From the NCBI GenBank assembly GCA_001949185.1, contig BDGG01000002.1:2415826-2479825 (forward strand): DNA of 64,000 bases, written 5' to 3'. Position 1 is the stretch's first letter, and each line of letters begins with the position of its first letter. Made by a program: the position numbers and the translations under genes. The notes beneath the pieces are model-generated. The model did not search any database. It saw only the letters and a list, made by a program, of their open reading frames with translations, and was not told the origin of the DNA. Source of the DNA: Ramazzottius varieornatus. Lineage: Eukaryota > Animalia > Tardigrada. Positions 12,130-23,969 of this stretch are shown one piece after another.

Positions 12130-14259
12130 TTAATAGTCATCCAAATCAAAATCATGTTCGGCGGCGTGATCGTCCAACAGACTGGTGTCCAAGGCGTTCA
12201 AGTCGACACGGTACCGGAGCAATCCTCCAACACCGCCGAAACCTCTCACAAACTGCGAACCTTCCGGACTCTTGTCTGTGACGATTTCCAAGGTGGCTCC
12301 AAAACCCTTGTACTTTTCTGCCAGCCATTCCAATAATGAAATGGACTCTTCCACTTCCAACTCAACTCCAGTCTAAAAGGAAAATCGAAACTGGGTAAAA
12401 AAAATTGCGTAAATTTGGGAGAAAAAAAACTTCTTACGTCCTTATCCAGAAAATTAGATTTGTCTTGCGTGATGGAGCCTCTCTGATAGATGAGCTTCTC
12501 TTCACCAGTACTAGGATTCCGTAAAAGGTACCGTGTAATGTCTAAATTCTCCCAGCATATCAAAGTTTCACAAGCGCCCATTTCCAGACACTTCAGAGTA
12601 TCGTCAACGCCGAAGCAAACCTTCCCACTGTCCTGGGAAATCTCATCGAAAAAGCGACCTGTGAAAATGTTACAAATTAATCGCATTGGGAGTTCGGGAA
12701 ATAACACGACAAGACTAGTTTTCCCGAAGTGGCACACTCTTACGATGTTGTTAGCCGAGAGTGCGCGCCACTTGGAAAATACTGTCTTGCCGAGCGACTT
12801 TGTCTTCTTAAGTGGCGCACGTGTTTGGTGTTGTTGGCTGAATGTGGGCGCCGCTCGGATGATAAAGAATTTTAACATTTACTACAGTAGTTCCAATTCG
12901 AGAATCTCTACTCCAGAAAACTCACCAATGAGCTTCTTCTCCTGGACGAATTTGACACTGGCCAAACAGTCAGCGGACAACTCGATGGCTTGGTTCAAGC
13001 CATTCTCGCCACCATACGAAATATCGACGGTCTTGACAATCTTGGCTACCAAACGCTGGAACAAAGAAGCCCAATGAACGCTGCTGAATATTCAGGAAAG
13101 AAACGGCGGGAGGCCTACCTGATCGAACATGTCGGACTGGCCCAACTCAGTTTTGAAATCGGCACTTCCGGCTAGGACCAAGCCAGCTACGTTAGGTCGG
13201 TCGTTAGTAATGAAACAACCGACGGCTGTTTCTGCCACTTTTCTCACGTAGTTGTGGCGCTTTTCCAAACGTAATCGGGCAAAACGAAGGGCAGACTGAC
13301 CACCACGACCTGAAAACATAAGAAATTTTGATCTTTTGACGAGAAAAGTACCAAGCATCACTGGGAAAACATGAAGACGAGCCTCTCACCGTGCTTTTTT
13401 GGAAGATCAACGGTAAACTGAGCAAGAACATCCCTTGTATTCCCTTGGAGTGTAGCGAACAAAGCACCGTTACCATCCATAACGATGAATCCGAATTTTG
13501 TATCATCGGCTAATAACGCTTGAAGGGCCTAAAAAAGCGAAGCCAATCAATCGACAAACCAGAACGAAGATCTACTTACAAACGAAAGACTTTGAGACTG
13601 CTGAGCAAAATCGTCTTTCAGCTGCCACGAAATCCTTGAGCAATATTCTGCCGTTCGAACCTTCTGGCACGATGATACTTATTACAGTACGGGCGAGCAT
13701 ACTTCGGTGTGGAACTTGTTGTCGCAAAGGTACAGCGAAGTGTTGATGGCTTTGAAAGGTTCGAAATCAATGTTGACTTTCTTCTCTTTTCCTTCGTCCG
13801 TCACGATGGTACCGCAGTATACGACAAGTCCATTCGTCGGCACTGAAAACGATCAAAATGTTTTCAGCCACGGATAATGTAAGATGAGGACGGTAAAGTA
13901 AAAGACAACTATTACGAATCCTGCATACGCATCGGCATAAGTGCCACGTGGGCGGATGCATGCAGGTACGTGAGAGAATTCTCCGGCCAACCTTTATTGT
14001 ACAGCTTGAGGCGCTGCTGGACGCTGGTGATGGCGCCGAGCACGGACAGACGGTTGACACGACTTTTTATGTTGGATGCTGTACCAAACTCATCGGCCAA
14101 CATCTTGCCTACTCTGGAAATTTGATCCTTGGGGGGAATAATGAGGGAAATCATGGACGTTCCGTTGCCGCGCGCCGCTTCCAGACTCTTGATCAGCTTA
14201 CGGATCTTCCACATCTCTACATTCCGGTCCGAGCTGTCGTTTGCGTCTCCCGAACTCAT
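12130..14259 (-). CDS. ETF1: Eukaryotic peptide chain release factor 1 (eRF1), multi-exon
   Basis: [57 protein letters not shown]. Confidence 0.98.
12726..12857. repeat. Two family-B palindrome units in an eRF1 intron (12726-12774, 12809-12857)
   Basis: 12-bp arms with 25-nt spacers. Confidence 0.8.
13919..13967. repeat. Family-C hairpin (CCTGCATAC..GCATGCAGG) in eRF1 intron 1
   Basis: Arms match the hairpins in the adducin introns. Confidence 0.7.
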
Positions 14260-17200
14260 CTTGGATGTTCTTAATCAACAACGTGGGAAAAAAATGTTGC
14301 CCTGAAACGACGAAACGGGGTTGAGTAAAAAGGAATGTTTCACGAACAGTAATTCAAGGACGCTTCCGGTCGGTCCACCTCACCTCCTTACCTCAGAGCC
14401 GTCGATTTTCCCCGTTAAGCCTGGTCGTTCTGTTGATAAAAGCCCGCCGCAAGAGGGAAGTTTATTTTCACCCCAAATATCAACATCCGGTAGAACGAAG
14501 GACATTGGATCCTCGAATCTGGAAGACAGCGAGAACGGCGAGAAGACTTCGAAACGTCAAGGATGCTCAATCAAATGGAATCAACCCATCCGCAAACTCT
14601 TGAATGGATGACGACATCAGCTTTTGGAGATGAGGTTGATCACGTGGGAAATATGTGTCATTTGTATCAATATAGAGATTGCGAGCGAAACCGCACTAGC
14701 ACAATTCGATGCGCACAGGAACATCGTGACATTTCAGGAACAAGTTCGTCTCGTAGGCTGTGTGTTAAAGGAGTCGCGCAATGTTTACACATGATGTCAC
14801 GAAGTTTCTATGCGTATCGAACTGTGCTACTGCGCTTTCGCTCGCAATCTCTATAGTTTAAGTCCCGTGTTTTATTACGAGCTTAGGGCTTGCTGGGCGT
14901 TGGCAAGCCGAGGCGCCTGTAATCTGCAAGAACTGCTCGGGTGCCAGTATGGTGTTGGTTGACCGGACGCCTTGCTCAGCAGGCAAACCCTTACCAAGGA
15001 ATGGTTGGTACGCTGGTCGCCGCGCCAAAAGAGCGAGACGACTGGCTCTTTTGGCAAGCCGTTCTGTAATCTAGTAAGGATCTACCTGCTGAAAACCGGA
15101 AGCGGAGCGGATGGAAAAACTGGTCTAGCAGGTTTCGCACAGATCGACAAAAGTAGCAAGCGAAGCTGTCGCAGTCTCGCACTGTCAGACAAACAAGAAT
15201 CAGACACTTTTTGCGGATAATCCGCACGTAATCGTCTTTCCTCTCGATCCAATGTGCTGCCTTTGCTATTTGTGTTGCACATATGCTAAAGACTTGGGTA
15301 CGGGAGACCAACGTTACATACCTGTCTCTGGATCCGCAGTCTGAAATTCAAGGACCATCTTGCGAGACGACGGGAGCGACAACAGCTACATACCTCGTGT
15401 GATCTCCCTTCCTGTTTCCCTTGACGGTTACGGATGAGAAGACGTCTCGTCTCGACGGATTACTTGTCGTTTGCAGAAGTAGTCCGCAAGCGAAATAGTA
15501 AGTCTGTTTGTCCGGTAAATCATTCGTACGAAACTATTACGTGATATTCCGGTTCCGTGCAAAATCTCGGCCTCGGAAGAGGTGGCAATGCTTGGAGTCG
15601 TTTGATTGATTGAATTGGTGCTTTGACTTGGTTGAATGGTGGATGGCGTCAGGTGTGTTTATCTATCTTGGTGGCTCTTGGGGCTTGCCCTGGCGTTTCG
15701 TTTTGACGTCATGGGTGTATTTGATTATTTGTGTTGGTGGTTGCATTTATTTTTGCAGCTTGTGTTGATTAGGTTCTCTCGATCGGGAGCGTTCGTCGTG
15801 AACTTGCGCGTGCTTTGCTTCCTGACGCCGCACTTCAACGAAGTTCAACTCGGATACCGCCGGGATGCGTTGCTTCACGAAGCGTGCTAAAGGTTGGGTA
15901 ATAAGTAATAACGAAGGTTTTATCCTGGCGTGGACTAAATGGCGACAAACTGAATGCAGTCGATCAAGTTTTGCGTCATCAGCTCGGCAAAATTGCTGTC
16001 GCCGTCGCATTCTTCTACTCCTGCGATAAATTATAGGTTGTCGTGACAGCTTTGATTGCAGGTATACAAATTCTGTTCCTTCCTGAGGCGGAGGCGGTGA
16101 GGATGAATTAACTAGAAATTCCAACGTGAAAACCCCGCGAAACGGGATATTCTGTTAGAAAATTTTCATCTTCACTTCGTGCGCCGCTTGTGAGGTATTT
16201 AGTTCGCGGAGCTTAACGACGTCGGTAGACATTCCGTGCGTTCGTCTTGGAATGTTACGTGTTGGATGAAGACTGAGTGGAGGACAGACCGAAAGAAATG
16301 GTGGCTGGTTGTAGTTGAGATGTCTTTGGAGTGGACGTTAATAGCTCTTGTCCTACTTTGCTTCCGACCTCGTTCGTTTTCGTTTCCAGACTCCTTCTGT
16401 CATGTCGTACTCGCTTTCGAGGACGCCGAGAGGATTACCCTGCTTGTGTCAGTCAGCGATCCTTGGATCTTCATGTAGATCACGAACTCTCGTCACAACT
16501 TGAACCTTCAGCCGAAGAACGATCAAGTGCGGATCTAGTCGCCGAAACTTCCTACACGGTAACCAAATACATTTTCTTCCTTCCTGAGCTGTTTTCAGCC
16601 TCACTGTTTTTGCTTGAATCGTTGACGGTCCGAAGATCCGGGAATTCCAGCTGGGGCTGGCTCTTCTTGATGTTCTTACGCGGGGAACGAATCTTGCTGT
16701 TCCAGCTTCGGTTGTAGCCGTGTTGGCACTGTACTGTAGGGGTAATTTATACTGTGGCCAGGCGGTGACGGCACGGCTCTAACGGGAATGCCGTGCATAC
16801 GCTTGACCGTTGGGTGATGGATCGAAAGGAGCTCACTGAAGCGTGACTCTTCCTTCTTCCGTGTTGGGTTCGGCTTTGTTATCAGTTCATTATTCGTTCA
16901 GTCTGGAATAAAATTAGGGATCCCGTTTTAGATCGTGTTTCATTGAGGCTGGTATGAATGAGACAGGCCAATAGGGCGAATAGTTAATGGTGGAAAGATG
17001 GACGTCAGCGTCGAGAGGCTGACAGGATGAAGTATCCAGCAGACCTCCAGGGTCTCGCCAGCACCGCCGTACATGCATCTTGCATTTAAGCAATTGAAGG
17101 GACAAGCCAGGGATAAATTATCCCAATAGGGATCCAGAAACAGAGGGAGCGGATGAAAGACGGGGAAGTATCCACGCAATCGACAAAAGTCCCGCAGGCA

Positions 17201-18691
17201 AGTCTTATCGATTTGTATTTCCCTTTACGGCACGCAAAGTTGTAACTCTCTGAAGTATGCAAAGATTTAACCATCTTGTTTCAGTTCTAGAGATCCAGGC
17301 AAACTTGGAATTTCGACTTCGGATGGACGATGAGGAAGACAGATACGGGGAACCGGAAGTGGTTTGATAACTTTCAGACGAGCTCTCAAGATACAGTTGA
17401 AAAGGAACAAGTTAGAAGGCGGCTAGAAGGCTGTACTACAGAAGGCTTGTAGTGAACGTCGAGTTGAAGTTTATAGACAGAAAAGGCTTCTGCTATTTTA
17501 CGCCATGATGGCTTTCTGGCGCTTTTTGTAACAACTCCACGAACGACACAGCGGCACTTCCGCTTGACACGCTTTAGGCCCTCTTTCTTGTCAAAAGAGT
17601 CAAAAGTTTACTTATTTCTCTTTTCACAGACTGTCGTAGAAGAGAAGAGACCCGTGAAGGCCGGACAAGACTAGAAAAAACAAACTCAGAAGTGGAAGAA
17701 GTTGGAAGACTGGAAGCGCAAGTCAGAAGATCCCCAGGTCAAGTCGCGCTACGTCTTGCGCTAGTCTGACAAGCTGAACGAACCAATTCTGCTTTGGTCA
17801 TTTGGAAAACACTTCCGATTTTTGTTTTAAGTTTTTGGTTATAAAGGGGGCTGTTGAACGGTGATTCTGGCACGAGTACGGAACGTTGTAGGAAGGTCGG
17901 TGGTGGTTGGAAGGCAGGAGTGAGCGACGAGGCATGGTTATCGATTTGTCTATATGGGTTTTATAGCCTTTGATACGAGCAGTTGTGGACTTTTATTGCC
18001 TCGGCTGTCGATTTCACATTTTCGGCTGTGCAGCCTATGATTCTCACGCAGTCCCCCCACAGCTGTAGTTTGTACTGCTGTACACTATCGGACGCAGTAA
18101 CGTATCGGATTCTTTTTCAGCCCTTCCTTCCGCTTGATAATCGCGAAACTAGACCAGCCTTCCAGACAAGTTTTCGAAGCAAGCTTGGCTGGTTGCACAC
18201 TTTGCTGGGTAATGTTTACTGGTGAAAAGTCTGCCAAGTGAAACACTTTCCCCCGTCTTTACTCCACTGTAATCTGCCCGGACTTTATCTCTGTTTAAAT
18301 TTAGTTTATCTGCTGCTTTTTGCAAGCCACAAATATTTTATTGCCAGCCTAATCCGCAGTTTTTACCTTCCGATCCGGAATTACATTGATCTTGTTGTTT
18401 TTTGTTGCAGATTATATTTTCTGGAATAAAGTGAAACTAGATACGTCGAATTCACGGTACGTCGAACAAGAAAGGAAGCTCCAAGAAATTTTCAGCTAGA
18501 TTTTCTCGGAATATTTTTGCTTGACATTTATCGTGAGCTTAAAATTTTCCAGGCTGTAGAGATATCCTGTCTTCCAAAATTGATAAAAAAACGGGTTCGT
18601 GGTTTACGGGGATTATTGTCAGTGACTACCGTCGGAATCTGCACTGATTTGTGAATATTTTGCTTTTATTCTAGATTTTCTACCATCAGCC

Positions 18692-21600
18692 ATGACTGAT
18701 TTGAGGGTGTGGGAGAACGGCCATGGGGATGCCACGACAGTTCGGCATGCCGTGCAGAATGGCCACGGTCCCGTCAACGGTGTGGTGCAGAACGGGCAGC
18801 ATACTCGGTTCATGAACGAGAATTTTGATCCTGATGATCCCGAGTATGTTCGGGAAATGCAGCGCCCCGCAATCGTCACCGAAGACCTGCAAGAGATGAA
18901 GCGACGTGAAAGGGTCTCTGCCGTGCTGAAAAGTGCTTCCTTTCGAGACGAACTGGAAACCATCATCCAGGTAAAGTGAACGAGGTTTGCGTGCGAAGTT
19001 TCAACTGAGTTGTTAGTGTGGTTTACTAACCGGAAGTGGTTTTAGGACGCGATGAAAGCCGGCTGTAACCCCACTTCGCTGCTGGCGCTCCAGCAGATCT
19101 CCGAGCTGGTCCTTCCACAGAATCGCTTCAATCAAGCTGGCATGCTCACTTCCTCTGCTCAGTCTCCTCGAGGTACGTTTCCTCTGCCGAAGAACGTTCT
19201 GTGTCTGTGTTCGAAAATATTGGAGAGCTTGGGGACCTGATTCGTCAAAATGTTTTACCAAGTGGCGCGCCTTCCATGTATTGTTGGCCGGAAGCGTGCG
19301 CCACTTGGGAAAGCGATCCGAACGAATTCGATTTCATTCAGGTGCCGCACGGTTTCAGTACTGACTGAAAGCGTACGCTACTTGGCAGTAGGAACCTGTT
19401 GGGTTGGAGTTTGTCATCTCGAGTTCACTATAAGTTCAGGATTGATGACCGGTTTTGTAAATTGGATATCCATTGCCCGTTATGTTGATACTGCCTGATG
19501 CAGGCGGTGCTGCTCCGATCATTCCTGTAGCCGATATCCGCGGTGTGGATGCGCTCAATTACAATAAGGGAGAGAAGCATTTAAGATGCAAATTGGCTTC
19601 ACTGTATCGCTTGGTCGATCAACTTGGATGGACACATGGCATCTACAACCACATTACGGTAGGCAAGCTCGTGCTCTTTTGCTCCCCAGTCTAATTTTAA
19701 ACCTTGTTGACATTATCGCTGGTATTTGCGCCGGCTGGACATTGGACATAACACACGCCATGTCTGTCCAAACAAGAGTCTTAAGAGACTACTGGACACA
19801 TAGGCTTCCTTCAGTGCTCTTAACTGCTCACCGCCCGACGTGAAGGAAGTCCGCTGGGAACCGCGGAATGCTTTTCAGACCTGCATACACTTGACTATGT
19901 ATCTGTAGTAGTGGGGCCTTGTATGCAGGTGACTGAGAGTCTTGTCTCTCAAGTACGTGCATACACGGACTGCTGTCTTTTTAAGGTTGTCCATTGGGAA
20001 GTTGATGTCGTAGAGCTCTTCTACAAACCTGCATACTCACGCGTGTTATGTTGGAATAGCGTTATGTATGCAGGTGGTTGAATGTTATCTCCATGTGTGA
20101 TTTTCGTTCTTGTTTCTAGGTTCGAGCCAGTTCAGAGCATGACCATTTCCTCATCAACCCATTCGGGTTGCTCTACAGGGAAATCACAGCATCTTCCCTG
20201 GTCAAAGTGGACCTCAGCGGTCAGATTGTCGACCCGGGAAGTACCACTTTAGGCATCAACCCTGCCGGCTACCTCCTCCACTCGGCCATCCATGGAGCGA
20301 GACCTGACCTGAAATGCGTCATTCATTTTCATACTGGATCCTGTGCAGCGGTAAGAAGCTAGTTCAAAGTTTCAGACCGAAAAATCAGAAAAGCAGCTTA
20401 AGAACCTTTAAAAAAATGGCCCTATGCTCAGAATGTCACGCACCTGCAGACCGGATGTGAAGCAGTCGTTGTGGCGCTCATGTGCGCAGATGAACTCAAA
20501 GTTTGCGAGTTCGGTTTTCCGATGTTTCAGGTGGGGTTGGGGCTGTTGTTGATGGTATGGATGGTCGTTTGTAGGTTGCGAGTATGAAGCAAGGTCTTCT
20601 ACCGATATCCCAAGAAGCTGGGATATTGGGTAACATAAGTTACCACGAGTATGGTGGTATCCTGGTGGACGAGGCGGAACGTGATCGTATAATCCGCAGT
20701 CTGGGACCTTTCAACAAGATCATGCTGTTACGCAACCATGGTATTGTCGCCGCTGGCACCACGATCGAGGAAGCCTTTCATTATGCATTTAACCTGGTAG
20801 CGGCCTGTGAAACCCAAGTAGGTAGTCTTGGTGGGGAATGGTTTGTCACAGACTGAAAATGGGGAAAATTAAATGTCGTTGTATTTCTAGATTCGAGCGA
20901 TGTCAGCTGGCATTGACAACCTCCTCCTGATGTCTTCCGAAACCGCTCACCAAGCTCATGAAGTGGCCTCGAATGTCGGTGGCATTCAAGGTCATGGTAG
21001 TGGGAAAAAATGGAAAATCGGAGAGTTGGAATGGGAAGCTTGGATGCGGTCCATGGATAATCAGGTGTGAAACTACGTAATCCTTATTCTTGTTTCGTTT
21101 TGAAACTGAACTTCCGTGTGTCTAACAGGGCTATAGAACGGGACACGTTTATAAGAATCCGTTGATAAGGACAGACCAGTCGGGAAGACCACGTACCAAC
21201 CAAGATGTGGAAATTCCTCCTTCCGCCTTCGGTTTGTCTGGATACGGTGACGACGATACCATCGGGTAAGACAACTCGTTTTCCCGTCTGAAATTTTCGA
21301 TGATCAGAATCTGAGGCGTCAGCAAATGAGCTCACCCAGATTGGTATTTCAAGCGGTGCATGTTTTTACTGTCATAAGCTGAGAGCGTGCGCCACTTGGG
21401 GAAAAGGTCCGGGTAAATTCATTTGCCAATGTTTCATTTCATTTCATGTGGCAGAAGTTTATCTGGTGGTTTCTGCAGAATGTTGTTGAAAGAGTACTTG
21501 GAGAGAAAGAAAGGCTTCGAGAAAGTCCGGTGGTTGAATACACCCAACGCTTACCAAAAGGTGGAGCTCTTGGAAACCGGTACAAATGAACCAAAGAAAG

Positions 21601-23558
21601 TGACAAAAGTAAGCTGCGTGAGTTTCGTATAGAGTCTGGCCTCTTGACGAGGTGTTGAGTGTTTGTTTTTGATTGGGTAGTGGGTACAAGATAACACCTC
21701 GCCCTCACCGGGAGGTACTCCCATCAAAGTCAACAACCTACAGTTCTCCCCGCTCGGCACCGATGTGCGCGAGTTCCGTGCCAAGCAACAGCAGATGAAG
21801 GACAAGAGAAATCAGGGCCTCATCTCCAGCGGTCCTGAATCGCGGGTCTTAGAAGGCGTCACTTGGGATGAAGCCGATAGAATGCCGGTAAGAACTTCCT
21901 CAAACCGTACTCACCCGGCTCAGGCTCCTTCTTTCCAAAGACCCTCTACAGTCACCTCAAAACAAAAATTACAGTACTCCGCATATGAATTCTACGAAGG
22001 CTAGCAAAGATTCCTCGCTTACCTGCATACATGCGCGCACTGTCTTGTGGGCTTGGCCGGGTTGGGTTGTGTATGCAGGAGTCTAAGTGACGTTTCTTTC
22101 ACAAGCCTGAATACACAGGTGCTGCTGCGCCGCAGCTTGCGTCTGTATGCAGGTTGATGAAAGAGTGGTTTGCATGTACTTGCATTCAGAAGGCCGTTGT
22201 TTCGTGGTAGGTTACTGTATGCAGGTTGGTAAAACTTTGTTGGAGGTGTCTGCCAGTCTCCTCCGTTGCTGGTTTGCGTTTGGTCTTGCTGATTGCGAGA
22301 GTCGCCTGATCAAGTGAGTTGTTTTTTTCAGGATGCTCTGATGTCCGGTCCCGGTGATAGGCTCATAACGGTCGGCGCCGTCAGTAAAGGCATCATCAGG
22401 CGCGACCAACAACACAACGTAGGGGCTTACCAGGCAACCTACCAGCGAAACCCCTTCGACAGTAACACACCCGAGGACGTCGAGCAGTACCTCCTCGAAG
22501 TCAAGAAGAAGAAACAAGGCTCAGCTGATGGTCATTCCGCCGACCAATACGAGATCCGCATGGAACAACAGCAACCTTCGTCAGCCCGCGAGAGCCATCC
22601 AAGACAACCTCTGGCTCCCCAGAGCGATAACACCCAAACGTTCGTTCGACAGTCTAAGACACCGCCACCGACACCTTCCACCACCAAAACTGACGGTAAA
22701 TCAAAGTTTCTGTCACCCGTGTCTCTGTTTGTCTTTGGCTATTGAATGTTTCTTTCACCCATCACCCTTCTTTCGTTTTTCTTTTTTTGTTCTTTTCGTA
22801 CAGTACTCTGCTTTCTATGTTCTAACACGGCTTGGAACTGTTATTAATTTTGCTTGCAGCTTCGCCCACTAACTTTAGCAGATCGAAGTCTGAAAGATTT
22901 GGCAAAGGTATGTTTTGACTAACCCGTGGCTTGGCCTGAAATAAAGCATGGAATGTATGGAAGAGAAACCTTGGTTTTTGCCGTCTTATTATTCTTGCTT
23001 TTACTTTAACGTGGGGTTCATTATTTCTGATGTGGGAGTTTTACGTTCTTTCCTTTGCGTCTAGTGCCGCGTTCTGGTACCTTTCCCGGTCGATCAGCAC
23101 CTTCAGAGCTACAGCGCACCGGTACGACTTTTATTTGAATTTCATTTCGAATTTAAGTTTTATTCCAAGGTGTAATTTCGACTGATGCCTTCCTGAGATT
23201 TTCCTTTTCATGCTTCTTGTTCACATTGATCTTTGTTTTCCGCAGAAGAGGACGATGGCGATACGGGAAGCGAGCCAACTTCTCCGTCTTCCGAAAGAGC
23301 GGTAAATGCCATTCTGTTTTTCTTCTCGTTTCGTGCTCGATCTTCTTTGGATATCTCAAAAACGTTAGTAGAGTTTTTGGTGGTAAACGATTTTGGCGTT
23401 TTGTTTTGCAGTTGAGAAAATCCGACACGTTGGATTCCGGTGATTTAGAGAACACCAAGTCGGACAAGAAGAAGAAAAAGAAGGGCTTCCGCATGCCTTC
23501 CTTTTCATTGGGCCGGAAGAAATCCAAAGAAGGGCTCCACGGGGAGTCTGAGCTGTGA
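18692..23558 (+). CDS. hts: Adducin (hu-li tai shao-like), ~14 coding exons
   Basis: RCKLASLYRLVD, HGIYNHIT, FLINPFGLLYREITASSL, LLRNHG class II aldolase-like head, VRWLNTPNAY, C-terminal MARCKS-like KKKKKKGFRMPSF. Confidence 0.96.
19259..19384. repeat. Two family-B palindrome units in an adducin intron (19259-19307, spacer 25; 19339-19384, spacer 22)
   Basis: caagtggcgcgc..gtgcgccacttg and caggtgccgcac..gtacgctacttg. Confidence 0.8.
19879..20075. repeat. Array of family-C hairpins in an adducin intron (19879-19930, degenerate unit at ~19955, 20027-20075)
   Basis: acctgcatac..gtatgcaggt perfect 10-bp arms; ~72-76 bp period. Confidence 0.8.
21316..21433. mobile_element. MITE relic carrying one family-B unit (21350-21398)
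   Basis: Outer inverted repeat gcgtcagcaaatga..tcatttgccaatgt around caagcggtgcat-N25-gtgcgccacttg. Confidence 0.7.
22021..22226. repeat. Three family-C hairpins in an adducin intron (22021-22080, 22105-22154, 22178-22226)
   Basis: Arms (a)cctgcatac / gtatgcagg(t) with variable loops. Confidence 0.8.
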
Positions 23559-23969
23559 GCGAAGAGAACGGAAAAGATGCTGATGACAGTCGTTGCAACA
23601 GTTCCTACAGAAATCACTATTGTGTTACTGCGAAACCACTTCTTGTTCTTATCCTTGCACGTTTTTCTTCTTCCTGTCTTTTCTGGGTGCATTTAGTGAC
23701 TTTGATATCATTCTTCCTGCGGTTTGTTGTACCATACTTCGTTATTGCTTTTTGCGCTGGTTCGGAGAGGGAAGGCTATTGCAATTTTTAGCAGATGTTA
23801 TTCTTTTACCCTGCTTTCGCTCCATTCTGATATGAACGAGTGCCAGAAAATATTTCTCATGTACACACCATGACGAAAAATTCCCTTTTCCCCTCGAAAC
23901 ATTCGAGACACAACAGGAAGTAACTCACTGAAAAGACTAACTACAAACGATGCTAAAAAAACTCGTAAA

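Noticed and set aside
12130-14259. Altered eRF1 suggesting stop-codon reassignment
   Set aside because: GTS, TASNIKS, YxCxxxF and GGQ motifs are all canonical, and TAA, TAG and TGA all appear as predicted stops.
19879-22226. CRISPR-like repeat-spacer array
   Set aside because: Repeats are inverted arm pairs in eukaryotic introns, at most three units per cluster, with no cas genes.
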